Source: a virus (Duplodnaviria; Caudoviricetes). Taken from it: a stretch of 64,000 bases of DNA. Shown here piece after piece: positions 20,457-31,000 of this stretch (position 1 is the stretch's first letter; every line of letters begins with the position of its first letter). The position numbers and the translations under genes were made by a program. The stretch covers positions 68,183 to 132,182 of IMG/VR virus record IMGVR_UViG_3300044556_000077; one strand, given 5' to 3'. The notes under the pieces were generated by a model. That model searched no databases, had not been told where the DNA came from, and worked only from the letters and a program-made list of their open reading frames with translations.

Positions 20457-23344
20457 TATTCATCCTCACTTTCATTACTTCCATAAAGTTTTTTCTCGGC
20501 TTCTCTAAACAGGATTTCCTGTCTCCAAAGTTCCATACCAGTCTCAAGCTTATATCTGGTTACAAAGTTAGGGCACTTAATATTTTCCATGAAATTCTCA
20601 TTGAATTCCTTATACATTCCTTTAGTCCAAGTTCCGTTAGGCTTTGGGAAATCCATTTTGTTAGCATATTTCTTAAGATATGTAATATACGTTCTCCAAC
20701 TCATGTACGGAGCATTTGCTCTCCAGAAAATAAACAACTTATCAAGCATAGCCAGAGTATTTCTGGAAGTGTCATTAACAAATACGCTTCTCTCAAGAGA
20801 AAGATCGTCAGCGTTCTTTCTGTACTTATCGAATGATTTACTAAGTCTATCATAATCAGATACCAGAACACCAAGACCAAGCTGCTCCTCTGACATTGTA
20901 TTAGTCAGCCAAGTAAAAGTAGGGTTCTCTGTATCTTTATGGTGGAAATACAGATATCCCATAAACATCTTTCTGATCTCACTACGTTCCTTATCTCTAG
21001 CTTTTCTTACCTCGGATTTTTCATCATCTGACAAAGGCTTGTAAACTACTTCCTGAACCTCCCACGACTAAAGTCGCGGGGTTCTTGGTCAACACCTCTA
21101 ACGAGGTGAGATTACCCAAGCTATCCCCGTAGTTCCTACGGTTTTACATATGTTATTTAAGCTGATATTCTCATCCCTTCATTTAAAATGTTCTTTGCTG
21201 CATTAATATCCCTATCTAATTTTGCTTTACAATTAGGACATACCCATTCTCTAACATTAAGATCTTTAGTAATAGGGAACTTTTTACCACAACAGCTACA
21301 AGTTTGACTACTTGCATAAAATTTATCTATTTTTACAACTTTCTTTCCATACCATTCGGCTTTGTATATAAGTTCTCTTGTAAATTCAGACCATGATACA
21401 TCAGCAATATTACGTGCAAGTTTATGATTTTTAATCATATTTTTTACTTGCAAGTCTTCAATACAAATAACATCATAATCTTGAATTAATTTAGTAGATA
21501 ACTTTTGTAAATAGTCTCTTCTCTGATTAGAAATATGCTCCTGAATCCTGGCAACCTTAATTCTTACCTTTACCCAGTTTGAACTTCCTTTTGTTTTTCG
21601 AGAAAGCTCTCTCTGAAGTTTGGCAAGTTTCTTAAGAGATTTATCCAAATATTTAGGATTATGATATTTCATACCATCTGAAGTAATTGCAAAGTCTTTA
21701 ATACCAAGATCAATTCCTACTTCTTTTGAAGTTTTTGGCAATGTAGGAATCTCTATTCCCGTACAGCATAAAGACACATAGTATTTACCACTTGGAACTT
21801 GAGACACTGTGGCATTCAAAATTCTTCCTTGAGGAATCATTTTATCTGTGATACGTAATTTCCCAAGTTTGGGAAGTTGTATGTATTTGCCAAGAAATTT
21901 GATATTGTTATTTGTATAACTCGTTCTATAAGAATTATTATGAGTTTTTTTAGATTTAAATTTTGGATATTCACTTCTTTTATCAAAGAAATTCTTATAG
22001 GCAGTATCTAAATCTCTAAGTGCATTCTGCAATGCGAATTTGTCAGGTTCTTTAAGCCATAATAATTCTTTTTTTATTTTAGTCAGGTCTTTAGAACATG
22101 CACTATAGTTCATTGTTTGCTTAGACTCTTTATACAATTCTTTTCTCATGGCAAGATAATAATTAAAAACGAATCTTGCACATCCAAACGTCTTTGCAAT
22201 TAATATTTTTTGTTCAGTTGTTGGGTATATACGATATTTATATGCTTTTTCCATATTACTTTCTCTTTTGGCTTTTTATATATTCTATTATTTGCCGTTC
22301 GGTATTTTCTGATACGGTAGCAACAAAGTAGGATGGATTCCATAAATGTCCTTCCCAAAGAACATTCTTCCATCTCTCACGATATCTTTTCATTAAATAT
22401 CGTGCCGAAACACCTTTTAACGCCTTTATCATATTTGGTATGTAATGTTGTGGTGAGCAATTAATCAGTAAATGTATATAATCAGCCTCACCATTCATTT
22501 CAAGTATTTCAAACCCATTTTTTTGAGCAATATTATTTAATACTTCATGTAAATATTTCTCAACATCTTCTGTTAAAACTTTTTTTCGGTATTTGACACA
22601 CCATACAATATGATATTGGATTGAATATACATATCCTCTTCCATGTGTTACTTTCATGCCATCCTCCTTACGCATAGAATAACATATGTAACACGGAAAG
22701 TCAAGTAAATATCAGTATAGTTTAGCTATATTTTAATAACATATGTAAAGCCATAGGACTATTAGTCATCTATGGAGGTTGTAGTTCACATGGTGTCGCT
22801 AATTCCATGCATCCTTATCTGCCTTATTGTTTAGCAGCAGGTATCTCATGCTTTCACATGAGCACAGACTATATCTTATCCTTGCCATATTTCTATGGTT
22901 TAGGCGATACCACTTCGAATCGCTTGATTCTACTCCCCTCAAGAGGGATAGTCGTTGAACCTTCTCCTTTTCGGAGCTTGGCTGCTGGTTCTCGATTTTT
23001 AAGCACTTAGGTTTTAACCTTATACCATCTAATAATTTTTTTCTGCTTTCGCAACATTCGTACCTAGCCATATTTCATGCTTATACTGTAGTATTATTAG
23101 CTTTACGAATTTTCAGCAGTTCAGTATCTTTGTTGGACGTTTAAACGTCACTACATACAAGTTTCCCTATATGCTAACTATTTATGTGTCTTACTCATGA
23201 CTAAAGTCACGAGTGTGCGACACATATTTAATCAAAGTTAACCTTAACTTTTTCAGTCTTGAAAGGTTTGTTTGTTACAGCATCATTTTTCTTCATAGCT
23301 TTAGCATGTTTACCTTTCTTCGAATTCTTCTTTTTATTAGCCAT
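20456..23344 (-). CDS. 236-aa hypothetical protein interrupted by the IStron: join(23344..23231, 21052..20456)
   Basis: Exon 1 MANKKK...KVNFD (38 aa, RBS AAGGAGG) joins in frame to EVVYKPLSDDEK... once 21053-23230 is removed. Confidence 0.85.
21053..21200 (-). ncRNA. Putative TnpB omegaRNA scaffold (right end of the element)
   Basis: Region from the tnpB 3' end to the right end; guide would come from the flank GAAGTAGTTTACAAGC; 5' boundary approximate. Confidence 0.55.
21157..22254 (-). CDS. tnpB: RNA-guided endonuclease TnpB
   Basis: KAYKYRIYP HTH; RuvC GIDLG, IEDL, DRDINAA; zinc finger CSCC...CPNC. Confidence 0.95.
   Translation of the reverse strand: MEKAYKYRIYPTTEQKILIAKTFGCARFVFNYYLAMRKELYKESKQTMNYSACSKDLTKIKKELLWLKEPDKFALQNALRDLDTAYKNFFDKRSEYPKFKSKKTHNNSYRTSYTNNNIKFLGKYIQLPKLGKLRITDKMIPQGRILNATVSQVPSGKYYVSLCCTGIEIPTLPKTSKEVGIDLGIKDFAITSDGMKYHNPKYLDKSLKKLAKLQRELSRKTKGSSNWVKVRIKVARIQEHISNQRRDYLQKLSTKLIQDYDVICIEDLQVKNMIKNHKLARNIADVSWSEFTRELIYKAEWYGKKVVKIDKFYASSQTCSCCGKKFPITKDLNVREWVCPNCKAKLDRDINAAKNILNEGMRISA
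22256..22675 (-). CDS. tnpA: IS200/IS605 Y1 transposase TnpA (HUH motif altered to YIH)
   Basis: YHIVWCVKYRK, LKGVSA, LWNPSYF, YIKSQ. Confidence 0.92.
   Translation of the reverse strand: MRKEDGMKVTHGRGYVYSIQYHIVWCVKYRKKVLTEDVEKYLHEVLNNIAQKNGFEILEMNGEADYIHLLINCSPQHYIPNMIKALKGVSARYLMKRYRERWKNVLWEGHLWNPSYFVATVSENTERQIIEYIKSQKRK
22760..23230 (-). ncRNA. Group I intron ribozyme core of the IStron
   Basis: P7 elements GTTCAACGACTA (22949-22960) and AAGATATAGTCT (22866-22877); AACCAGCAGCCAAG element; 5' splice site after U of TTGAT; 3' boundary of the core approximate. Confidence 0.88.
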
Positions 23345-23364
23345 TCTTCCTCCTTATCTTTCAA

Positions 23365-24030
23365 TTACTTTCCACTACTGCCAAGCATTCCTGTACCACG
23401 ATTAGACTCAATCTTTGCGATCTCATCAGGTGTTACTTCATAAATCTCAAACTTTGGAACTTCCTCTACAGCAGCCTGTGCAACAGCCTTAGAATATGGA
23501 ACATAAATACAATCCTGCTTTGCTCCATATTCCTGCGCTTCAACACACATATTATTGCAATGATGCGTTACAGTAGTAGACCTTGTAACTTTGCTTACAT
23601 TCTTAGAGATAATAACTGGAACGCTGTTAGCATTATAAAGTGCTACAAACCATTCACCTCTGAAGTTAGAATCGATCTGTCCTGCCATTACCTGAAGAGT
23701 AGACTTTGTATTACTTCCTCTTTCTCTCAGAGAGATTCTGTAATCACTGTCAAATGCAGAGCAGATACCAGTAGGAACAAGCTTTACAGTGAAAGGTTCA
23801 ATTCTCATCTCATCCTCTGCAAAACAAGCATATACATCATAACATCCATCCTCATCTCTCTTAGATGGAATGGTAGCTCCCTCTCTCATCTTAGCAAACA
23901 GGAGTACATTAGACGGAACTGTTTTTACTTCATTTGTTACTCCCTCAGACACTTTAGTAAAAGCATTTCTGTCAATACTGTTTACTACGTCCTCATTCAT
24001 TTCTTTTGTTATCTTTCTAAAGTTAAACAT
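23365..24030 (-). CDS. dut: dUTPase
   Basis: DVYA, ERGS, GQIDSNFRGE, VAQ, RGTGMLGSSG motifs. Confidence 0.9.
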   Translation of the reverse strand: MFNFRKITKEMNEDVVNSIDRNAFTKVSEGVTNEVKTVPSNVLLFAKMREGATIPSKRDEDGCYDVYACFAEDEMRIEPFTVKLVPTGICSAFDSDYRISLRERGSNTKSTLQVMAGQIDSNFRGEWFVALYNANSVPVIISKNVSKVTRSTTVTHHCNNMCVEAQEYGAKQDCIYVPYSKAVAQAAVEEVPKFEIYEVTPDEIAKIESNRGTGMLGSSGK

Positions 24031-24066
24031 TTAAACCTCTTTCTATATCTTTAATTCTATTTTATC

Positions 24067-24630
24067 CTATTTAAGCAGATCCTTATATCTTCCTACTGGG
24101 TAGCCAAGCGCAGCCAGACAGAGTACACTTCCTAACAACGGATTATCACCGCAGATATTATATTCGAAGTCAATCTCTTTCCATTCATTCTCACTGGAAT
24201 GTTCTTTCTCTTCATCAGAAAGCATTCTGTCTCCTGCCTTATCAGAACCCATAACTCTTACAGAATCGATCTTATTAAAATCATAGAACTGAAGTCTGCC
24301 AAGTTCATTCTCGTATCTAACATCTGGCACAATTGCTACATCATATAAATCTTCAATGCTATAAACAAATAAGATCTTTGCTGTCAGATCAGCCCAGAAC
24401 GCAGGAAAATGCTTTCTAAACAAATCCGTACCTACATGCTGAAGCAGATATCTTCCATACAAATCTTTCTGACCATCCCAATTAAAATGGTCTTTGCAGA
24501 TATGTTTAAGCATATCAGCTTCATGTACAATGATTACTCTATATCCTGCGCTCTGAAGAATCTCATGCATATACTTTGCGTAAGTGTCTTTTCCAGATCC
24601 TGCAGAACCACTAAGTGTAATAACGTTCAT
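24067..24630 (-). CDS. Deoxynucleoside monophosphate kinase-like P-loop kinase
   Basis: GSAGSGKDT, R.LLQHVGTD.FR, DVRYENE, HSSE. Confidence 0.8.
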   Translation of the reverse strand: MNVITLSGSAGSGKDTYAKYMHEILQSAGYRVIIVHEADMLKHICKDHFNWDGQKDLYGRYLLQHVGTDLFRKHFPAFWADLTAKILFVYSIEDLYDVAIVPDVRYENELGRLQFYDFNKIDSVRVMGSDKAGDRMLSDEEKEHSSENEWKEIDFEYNICGDNPLLGSVLCLAALGYPVGRYKDLLK

Positions 24631-24670
24631 TTAATATCCTTTCTACTGCTGAACTCCCCAAATACTGATC

Positions 24671-24988
24671 TTACTCATGATGTAATCTTTCAATTCTATT
24701 CCTGTGTCTTGCATTCTCTTCACTTCCGCAAAGATCAGGATGTTCATGTTGAACTTTTCTTCTAATCCTTGTTACTGAATCGAACGAAGGAAACATCTTC
24801 ATTCTGCTCTGATTCTTGTAAAATCTAATTACCGAAATCTTATTTAAATTGATTCCTTTATTCTCAGCAATCTCAGCAAGCACACAAGCGTACATTTCAC
24901 TGTCATCTTCTCTAGCCCTATTATTCTGAGACAGTACAGAAAGCACTGTCTCATAAATAGGATTGTTGCTTTTATTTAATGCGTACAT
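24671..24988 (-). CDS. Hypothetical protein
   Basis: AREDD...PSFDSVTRIRRKVQ; start refined to MYALNK. Confidence 0.6.
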   Translation of the reverse strand: MYALNKSNNPIYETVLSVLSQNNRAREDDSEMYACVLAEIAENKGINLNKISVIRFYKNQSRMKMFPSFDSVTRIRRKVQHEHPDLCGSEENARHRNRIERLHHE

Positions 24989-24989
24989 A

Positions 24990-25634
24990 TTAGGCTTCTT
25001 TCCTCTTATTATACGGATTAATGATCCATTCCTTAAAGCATGGAAGTGTTTCAACCCAGTCACAGAAACACTGCCACTCAGGGAGAACATGATGTCTTCT
25101 CTGAAAGTAAATTGTTTTAAGCTGCTGATAATTAGTTACCATTCCTGCTGTCAGCTTCAAACCTGTAGGACAGGAATACAGGACTCTCAGATACTGCTCA
25201 TGCAGAGCCTCATAGTAAATATCATGGTCAGCTTCATCGATCTGGTCTTCAGCTTCTTTCATCTGATTATAGCCCTTGGCAAGCTCTTTCATAATCTCAA
25301 TCATTCTCTTGTCTGTATATTCAATAAACTGCTTACTAAGATCAAACTTGCAGATTCTATGAATGCTAGACTGAGAACTTATAATATCAAAGAAGTGATA
25401 TCTCTCTGCTTCTGTCCAAGCCTTAACTGTGAAAGTCAGATCAAAATGAACTGTAATTCCTTTAAGGAAGTTGTCATGAGCTGTGCCAGTCGGAACTCCT
25501 GCAAGTTTTGCTGTCATCTTCGTAGGCTCTCCTGTGCACTTCTGGGCATTTGTAGCCATTGGGTACTTAGAGGAACGAATAGCAAAATCCATTCCGCTGA
25601 CTTCTACATTTGAGATAATGTCGTTGTAGTTCAT
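24990..25634 (-). CDS. ThyX-fold (FAD-dependent thymidylate synthase-like) protein
   Basis: HDNFLKGI, EAERYHF..SSQS, NYQQLK...R..H.LPEW; sits in the nucleotide-metabolism cluster. Confidence 0.5.
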   Translation of the reverse strand: MNYNDIISNVEVSGMDFAIRSSKYPMATNAQKCTGEPTKMTAKLAGVPTGTAHDNFLKGITVHFDLTFTVKAWTEAERYHFFDIISSQSSIHRICKFDLSKQFIEYTDKRMIEIMKELAKGYNQMKEAEDQIDEADHDIYYEALHEQYLRVLYSCPTGLKLTAGMVTNYQQLKTIYFQRRHHVLPEWQCFCDWVETLPCFKEWIINPYNKRKEA

Positions 25635-25792
25635 AATTCTCCTTTTCTATATTAAACATGTAACAACTTAACAAAATAAAAAAATCATGTGCAAGGGGAA
25701 GTATCTGTCTTCCTCTTGCACATTTATAATACAACAGTTCCTAGGATAAATCAAGAAGTATTTATTGTACATCTTAAATTTTCCAATTTACC

Positions 25793-28084
25793 TTATCTTC
25801 TCTGTCCAAATCCTTTCAGCCAAGTATCTCTATTTACGTTGTGATTTGTTCTAATGCAAGTAATATAAGCTTTTGGCTCAGACACCAAAAGGAATTTTTT
25901 CTTCGCTCTGGTAATCATCGTATAGAGCATACAGTTATCAAGCAGAGTATAATGCGTGTTATCAAGCACACCTACTACTACCGGGAACTCACTACCCTGT
26001 GTAGAATGAATGGTAAACGCATATGCCAGATTCAAATTCTGTACAGTTCCCGCATCATAGAACACAGTTTTGTCATTATCATATTCTACTTCCACGCTGC
26101 ACTGAGGATGCTTGTGTTCCCTGTCATTCTCTTTATAGTAAACGTCAACGTCAATTACTTTTCCGATCTCTCCATTAACCACATTATTTGTGTAATCGTT
26201 TTTCTTCTGGATTACAATGTCTCCTACTCCAAGTTTGGTAATATTAGCATATGGAGAGTTACTAATTGTAATAAGTTCTCTACCTTCAATCTTAGCAAGC
26301 GCATTCTGAATGTACTGATTCATGTTATTTGAACAGTTCAAACAGCCTTGCTTACGAGGAGTTATCATACACACATTCTCCTTGCCAATTGCCTTTACAG
26401 CAGACATATAAGCATTCAGAGAAATTTTATATATCTCCTCTCGATCCCTGGAGAACATGTAAATCATATCCCTCTTATCACCATATACGATTCTTGTTTC
26501 AGGCTTTTCAAGAGGATTCTTGCCATTGCGAATCATATTCGCTGCCTTGAGGATTCCAGAATCAGTTGCCTGTCTCATCGGTTTTGTAAGCTGAAAACTT
26601 GTAAATCTGTTATTCACAAGTAAATCGTAGAACACGTTCCCCGCTCCGATTGGTGGCAGCTGCAGAGCATCTCCCATCAGAATCAGTCTCGTATCCTGTC
26701 CAATAGCCTCTACTAAATGCTTAAACAGCGAAGCATTAATCATTGAGCACTCGTCAATAAAAATTACGTCATATGGAAGTAACTCTTTCTCATTATATCT
26801 GAAGTTATTAAACCCATCAGCCTTAAGAAGCCTATGAATCGTTGACGCTTCTAATCCTGTAGTTTCTGTAATTCTCTGTGCAGCTTTGGCAGACGGAGCA
26901 GCTGCGCCAATTGACATTCCTTTACTGTCATAAGCTTTCAGTATTCCTCTAGCTACTGTAGACTTACCAGATCCTGCACAGCCTGAGATAATAGCCACAT
27001 TGGTATTAAGAGAGTTTACAATTAACTCTCTCTGTTCATCTGTGTACTGGAATCCCTGTTCCATTTCAGCCTGAATAATTGCATGCTTGATATCATTTTC
27101 ATCGAACACAAATTTCTCAGGAGTCTTAGAATGGTTCTGCTTATCCTCCAGAACGCTGTAAATATAACGCTCCTGTTTCCACATAGACTTCAAGCCTACA
27201 CGCTTGCCTTCTTTAGTTTCTACTACATGAAAATCTCTAGCTTTATCAAGCATTTCATCGAAGTAATCCATACATTCTGGTACGTTTTCATAAACAGCCT
27301 TACGAAGCTTGTTCACGTAGCACCATGTATGCCCGTCATTTCCAATAGTATGAAAATGATACTTTAGGAAAGCCATTAGCCTTTCAGGGCTTTTTAACAT
27401 CTCTGGTTTCATTTTCAGAGCGATATCATCTGTTCTTTTAAAGCCAAATCTACTGTACTCTGAAATGTAATATGGGTTCTGTTTGATTTTCTGTTTGACC
27501 AACTCAGGACTGTCATTTTCTAACATTGAGTCAATAGCATTCTCAGTAATCCCAAGAGGGATAAGCATACCAAGCAGGTCAGACAGTTCATACTTGTCTA
27601 CGATATCTCCATAGAGCTTTTCCCATGTCTTCTTTCCGAGTCCTTTAATTGGCTTGTAATCGAAATTGTCTTTTGTGACTGTACCGTCCAGAATCTTGTC
27701 AATCAGATCAGGATCAACTTTCATAAGCTGCTCTGCAACTGGTTCTGTCGTAAGAGTCTTCAGATAAAGCTTTTTCTGGTTCACAGTTTTCGGTGCAATA
27801 GAGGTGACTGTCATCACGTTATATTGCTCCCCATACTTGTCATCATTCACAAAATCCGCTTTTATATTTACACTCTTATTAGGGGACAACTTCTGCATTT
27901 TGCCTTTAATAATACCAGTGCAGACATTTTTACCCTCTCCGTCAATAATCATCCTCTGTACGGTAAGCCCCGGAATATCGTCTTCTGTTCTAAAGACATA
28001 AATTCCGAAGTTACTATTGTCATCATAATATCTTTCACGGCAGATCACAGCGTCAAACTGATAATAGTTTTCACTTACTTCCAT
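25793..28084 (-). CDS. recD2: RecD2-like ATP-dependent DNA helicase
   Basis: GCAGSGKST, DECSM, GDALQLPPIG, AYAFTIHSTQGSE, YTMITRAK. Confidence 0.92.
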   Translation of the reverse strand: MEVSENYYQFDAVICRERYYDDNSNFGIYVFRTEDDIPGLTVQRMIIDGEGKNVCTGIIKGKMQKLSPNKSVNIKADFVNDDKYGEQYNVMTVTSIAPKTVNQKKLYLKTLTTEPVAEQLMKVDPDLIDKILDGTVTKDNFDYKPIKGLGKKTWEKLYGDIVDKYELSDLLGMLIPLGITENAIDSMLENDSPELVKQKIKQNPYYISEYSRFGFKRTDDIALKMKPEMLKSPERLMAFLKYHFHTIGNDGHTWCYVNKLRKAVYENVPECMDYFDEMLDKARDFHVVETKEGKRVGLKSMWKQERYIYSVLEDKQNHSKTPEKFVFDENDIKHAIIQAEMEQGFQYTDEQRELIVNSLNTNVAIISGCAGSGKSTVARGILKAYDSKGMSIGAAAPSAKAAQRITETTGLEASTIHRLLKADGFNNFRYNEKELLPYDVIFIDECSMINASLFKHLVEAIGQDTRLILMGDALQLPPIGAGNVFYDLLVNNRFTSFQLTKPMRQATDSGILKAANMIRNGKNPLEKPETRIVYGDKRDMIYMFSRDREEIYKISLNAYMSAVKAIGKENVCMITPRKQGCLNCSNNMNQYIQNALAKIEGRELITISNSPYANITKLGVGDIVIQKKNDYTNNVVNGEIGKVIDVDVYYKENDREHKHPQCSVEVEYDNDKTVFYDAGTVQNLNLAYAFTIHSTQGSEFPVVVGVLDNTHYTLLDNCMLYTMITRAKKKFLLVSEPKAYITCIRTNHNVNRDTWLKGFGQRR

Positions 28085-31000
28085 CTGATTTCCTTTCTCT
28101 CTTTCATTTCTTCTGCCCATTCTTCATACGGTTTTAAGTATTTCAGGAAGAAATGATTATCATTCTTCCTTCCATACATTGCTACACAATTTCCTTTTAC
28201 AATCTGGTCAGTGTACTCTTTCATCTGTGCGCTCCAAGCTGTAGCTTCAATAATTCCATCTGGTGTATACAGATCAAGGTAAGCAAACATGTGACCATTC
28301 TTATCCTTCTTGCGTTTAATGTTTACAATCACACTGAGCAGAGTACATTCAGCATCCTGTAAAACGTCATCCCAGTGCTTATGAATGTATTTGTAACTAT
28401 TCTTCAAAGGATCATGTGTGAGGAACATCGAAAGAGTTTCAAACTCCCACAGGTACTCATCCTGACAATACTTGTTATAGAACTCATTCATTGCTTTCTT
28501 GCGCTTCTCGATTTGCTTCTCATCAAAAGCTTTCTTTTTAATGTTGTTATAATCATTTAAAAGACGCTCTTTGTCGACTTTCTTTCCGTCATCGAGTAAG
28601 TAATCATCCTTATCCAGATTATAGTCTAAAAGCAGCTTTTTATACGTTGGAAGTGACTTCACATGGGTATATTCCTTAACTGGATTCAAGTACTTTGCGT
28701 AATTATATAAAGCTTTACTTTTGTTCTTCACAGGTAAAGCTCCCGCCTTAATCAAAGTAATAATTGCTGTTTTATCCTGAATGCGTTCAACGAAATCCTT
28801 ATATCCTTTGTATGGACGTTGTTCAATAATCTTGTCGATTACCGAATCTCCGATACCCTTAACACCAAGCAAGCCAAACAAAATCTGATTCTTTTCAGGA
28901 ATAGGAGTAAAGCCCCTACCTGATTTATTAATGTTAGGCGGGAGAACTTTAATTCCCATACGAGTACAGTCATTAATAACCAGTGACATCTTACTGATAT
29001 CATCTGAATATGATGTAAGCAGCGCAGCCATGTACTGTACTGGGTAATGTGTTTTAAGATAAGCTGTTAAATATGAGAGAAGCCCATAGGCTGTTGCCGT
29101 ACCGCACATGCTTTCGCATGCCTAGCTATTAACTAGTTGCGGTCTGGACTATACCTTCAACTTTATTAATTTAAAGTTGCGCTTATTATAGTCTCTGAAG
29201 GTTGATCGAGCATTATGCTTACGATCATTTCCCTGCCGATTATCCAATCTATATTATTTCTTAAAGCATTCACGCTTGATGTTTCTATCTACGTTGTAGC
29301 AAATATAGCTCTAAGGACGTTCCGGCAATTTAAAGCGTTTTTTATTTATATGTCACCATATAAAGGACACACAATTTATTAGGCTTATGTCCGCAATTAA
29401 ACTGGTAATTTGCCTGTTTCTTTAAAGTCTCCCACATTTCAGTAGCCTGTTCTTTAGACCATCCTTTATTCATTAATCCACTAATCAGTTTAGGTTCAAG
29501 GGCAGCCATAACATCCATCTGTTTATGACCAACTGCTCTTCTCGCCTGATCGACTTCATTTTCAGGAAATCCTGCATATCTAAAAATCTGTAAGCACTGC
29601 TCCTGATAAAGCATCACACCATGAGTTGATTTAAAAATCTCTTTCAAATCATCATGGATAACACTGATCTTACTAGGATCTTTTTTATTACGCACGTAAT
29701 CTGGGAAGAAGGATTTTGTTCCCGGCCTGTTAGCTGCATTTACAGCGATAACATCCATAATGTTATCAGCTTGTACTTCCATGAGCATATTAGTTGCTTC
29801 TTGGCTCTCCATCTGGAAGATACCAATTGTATTACCACTCTTATAAATCTTGTCATAGACTTCCTGATCGTTAAGATTCAAATGGTTAATGTCAACATCA
29901 TCCCATGTTAAATTACATAGCTTTAATGCATCATCTATGATGTTAAGGTTGTTTAACCCGAGGTAGTCCATCTTAATTAGAGAAAGCTCTTCCATAGCAG
30001 AATGCATCTCAAGCTGTATCATCTGCTGTTTATTTTTATCTAGGCAGAGAGGCGCATAATAATGAACTGGCTTTGGAGTAATCAGTGTACCAGCTGCGTG
30101 TCTGCCCATACTTTTAGGTAGTCCTTCAAGTACCATTACATGTTTAAACCATAATGGAAACTGTTTATTTATCTTCTTTAGGAATGCATTACTATTCAGC
30201 AGCTCTTTTAAAAGCACATCTTTACTTTCCTCTTCTCCAAGATCGTTCAATGTCTTGATGGTTGGAATCTGTTTTCTAACTTTATCTCTCAAAGAATAAG
30301 GAATCTGCTTATAGTAAGGAGAGTTAGGATCTTGGTCAAGTACCTTGCCTACATCTGCAATTGCTACCTTCGTACTTAACGTATTAAACGTAGCAATCGG
30401 AGCAACATTTTCTTTCCCAAACAACTCTTCTGAAATCTCAACCATCTTCTTGCGGTCTTTTTTGGCGATGTCCCAGTCAAACCTTAATACCCTCAGTTTC
30501 CTGATATTTAATAGGGAGTAGATCATATCTTCACCTTAGTTAACAAGGTGGACAGCACTTCAAGCAGTGATAAAATCTGCTCTACACGGGGGCTAACCCG
30601 TTGATCGTTGCACCTTCCTTTCGGCTTGGCACAGGATTGTCATATCTTTCGACTTAGAGTTTCCCTGTTAGCATATCTCCAATACCCCATTTCCTGAGTA
30701 TCCCCTTTCGGTGAGATATACACCTCTTTATCACGAGTTCACTGTCTGATGATATTACTCATTACTGAGTAACACGACTTTATAAGTTAATCAGCCATTG
30801 TTGTTCTGCCTTTATTAGCAAAACGAGAGAAGTCTAACCCCCAACGCACACTGTCAATCTGAGTTACGCCAAGCATAAACAAGCATAAACAGTTACCGCC
30901 AGATCCTCTTGAATATCCTCTTGGAATTCCTCTCTTATCAGCTTCTTGTGCAAGCATATACAACATAATAAAGTAATCTGTATAATCTACATAGTACAGA

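Larger units (their letters stand above)
21053..23230 (-). mobile_element. IStron (group I intron fused to an IS200/IS605 element; CdISt1-like), 2178 bp
   Basis: Inserted directly after TTGAT (23231-23235), ends TTCAG; subterminal hairpins sharing GACTAAAGTC at 21061-21080 and 23190-23217; group I core followed by tnpA and tnpB. Confidence 0.92.

Noticed and set aside
22799-23071. 90-aa ORF inside the IStron
   Set aside because: Overlaps the ribozyme core and has no homing-endonuclease motif.
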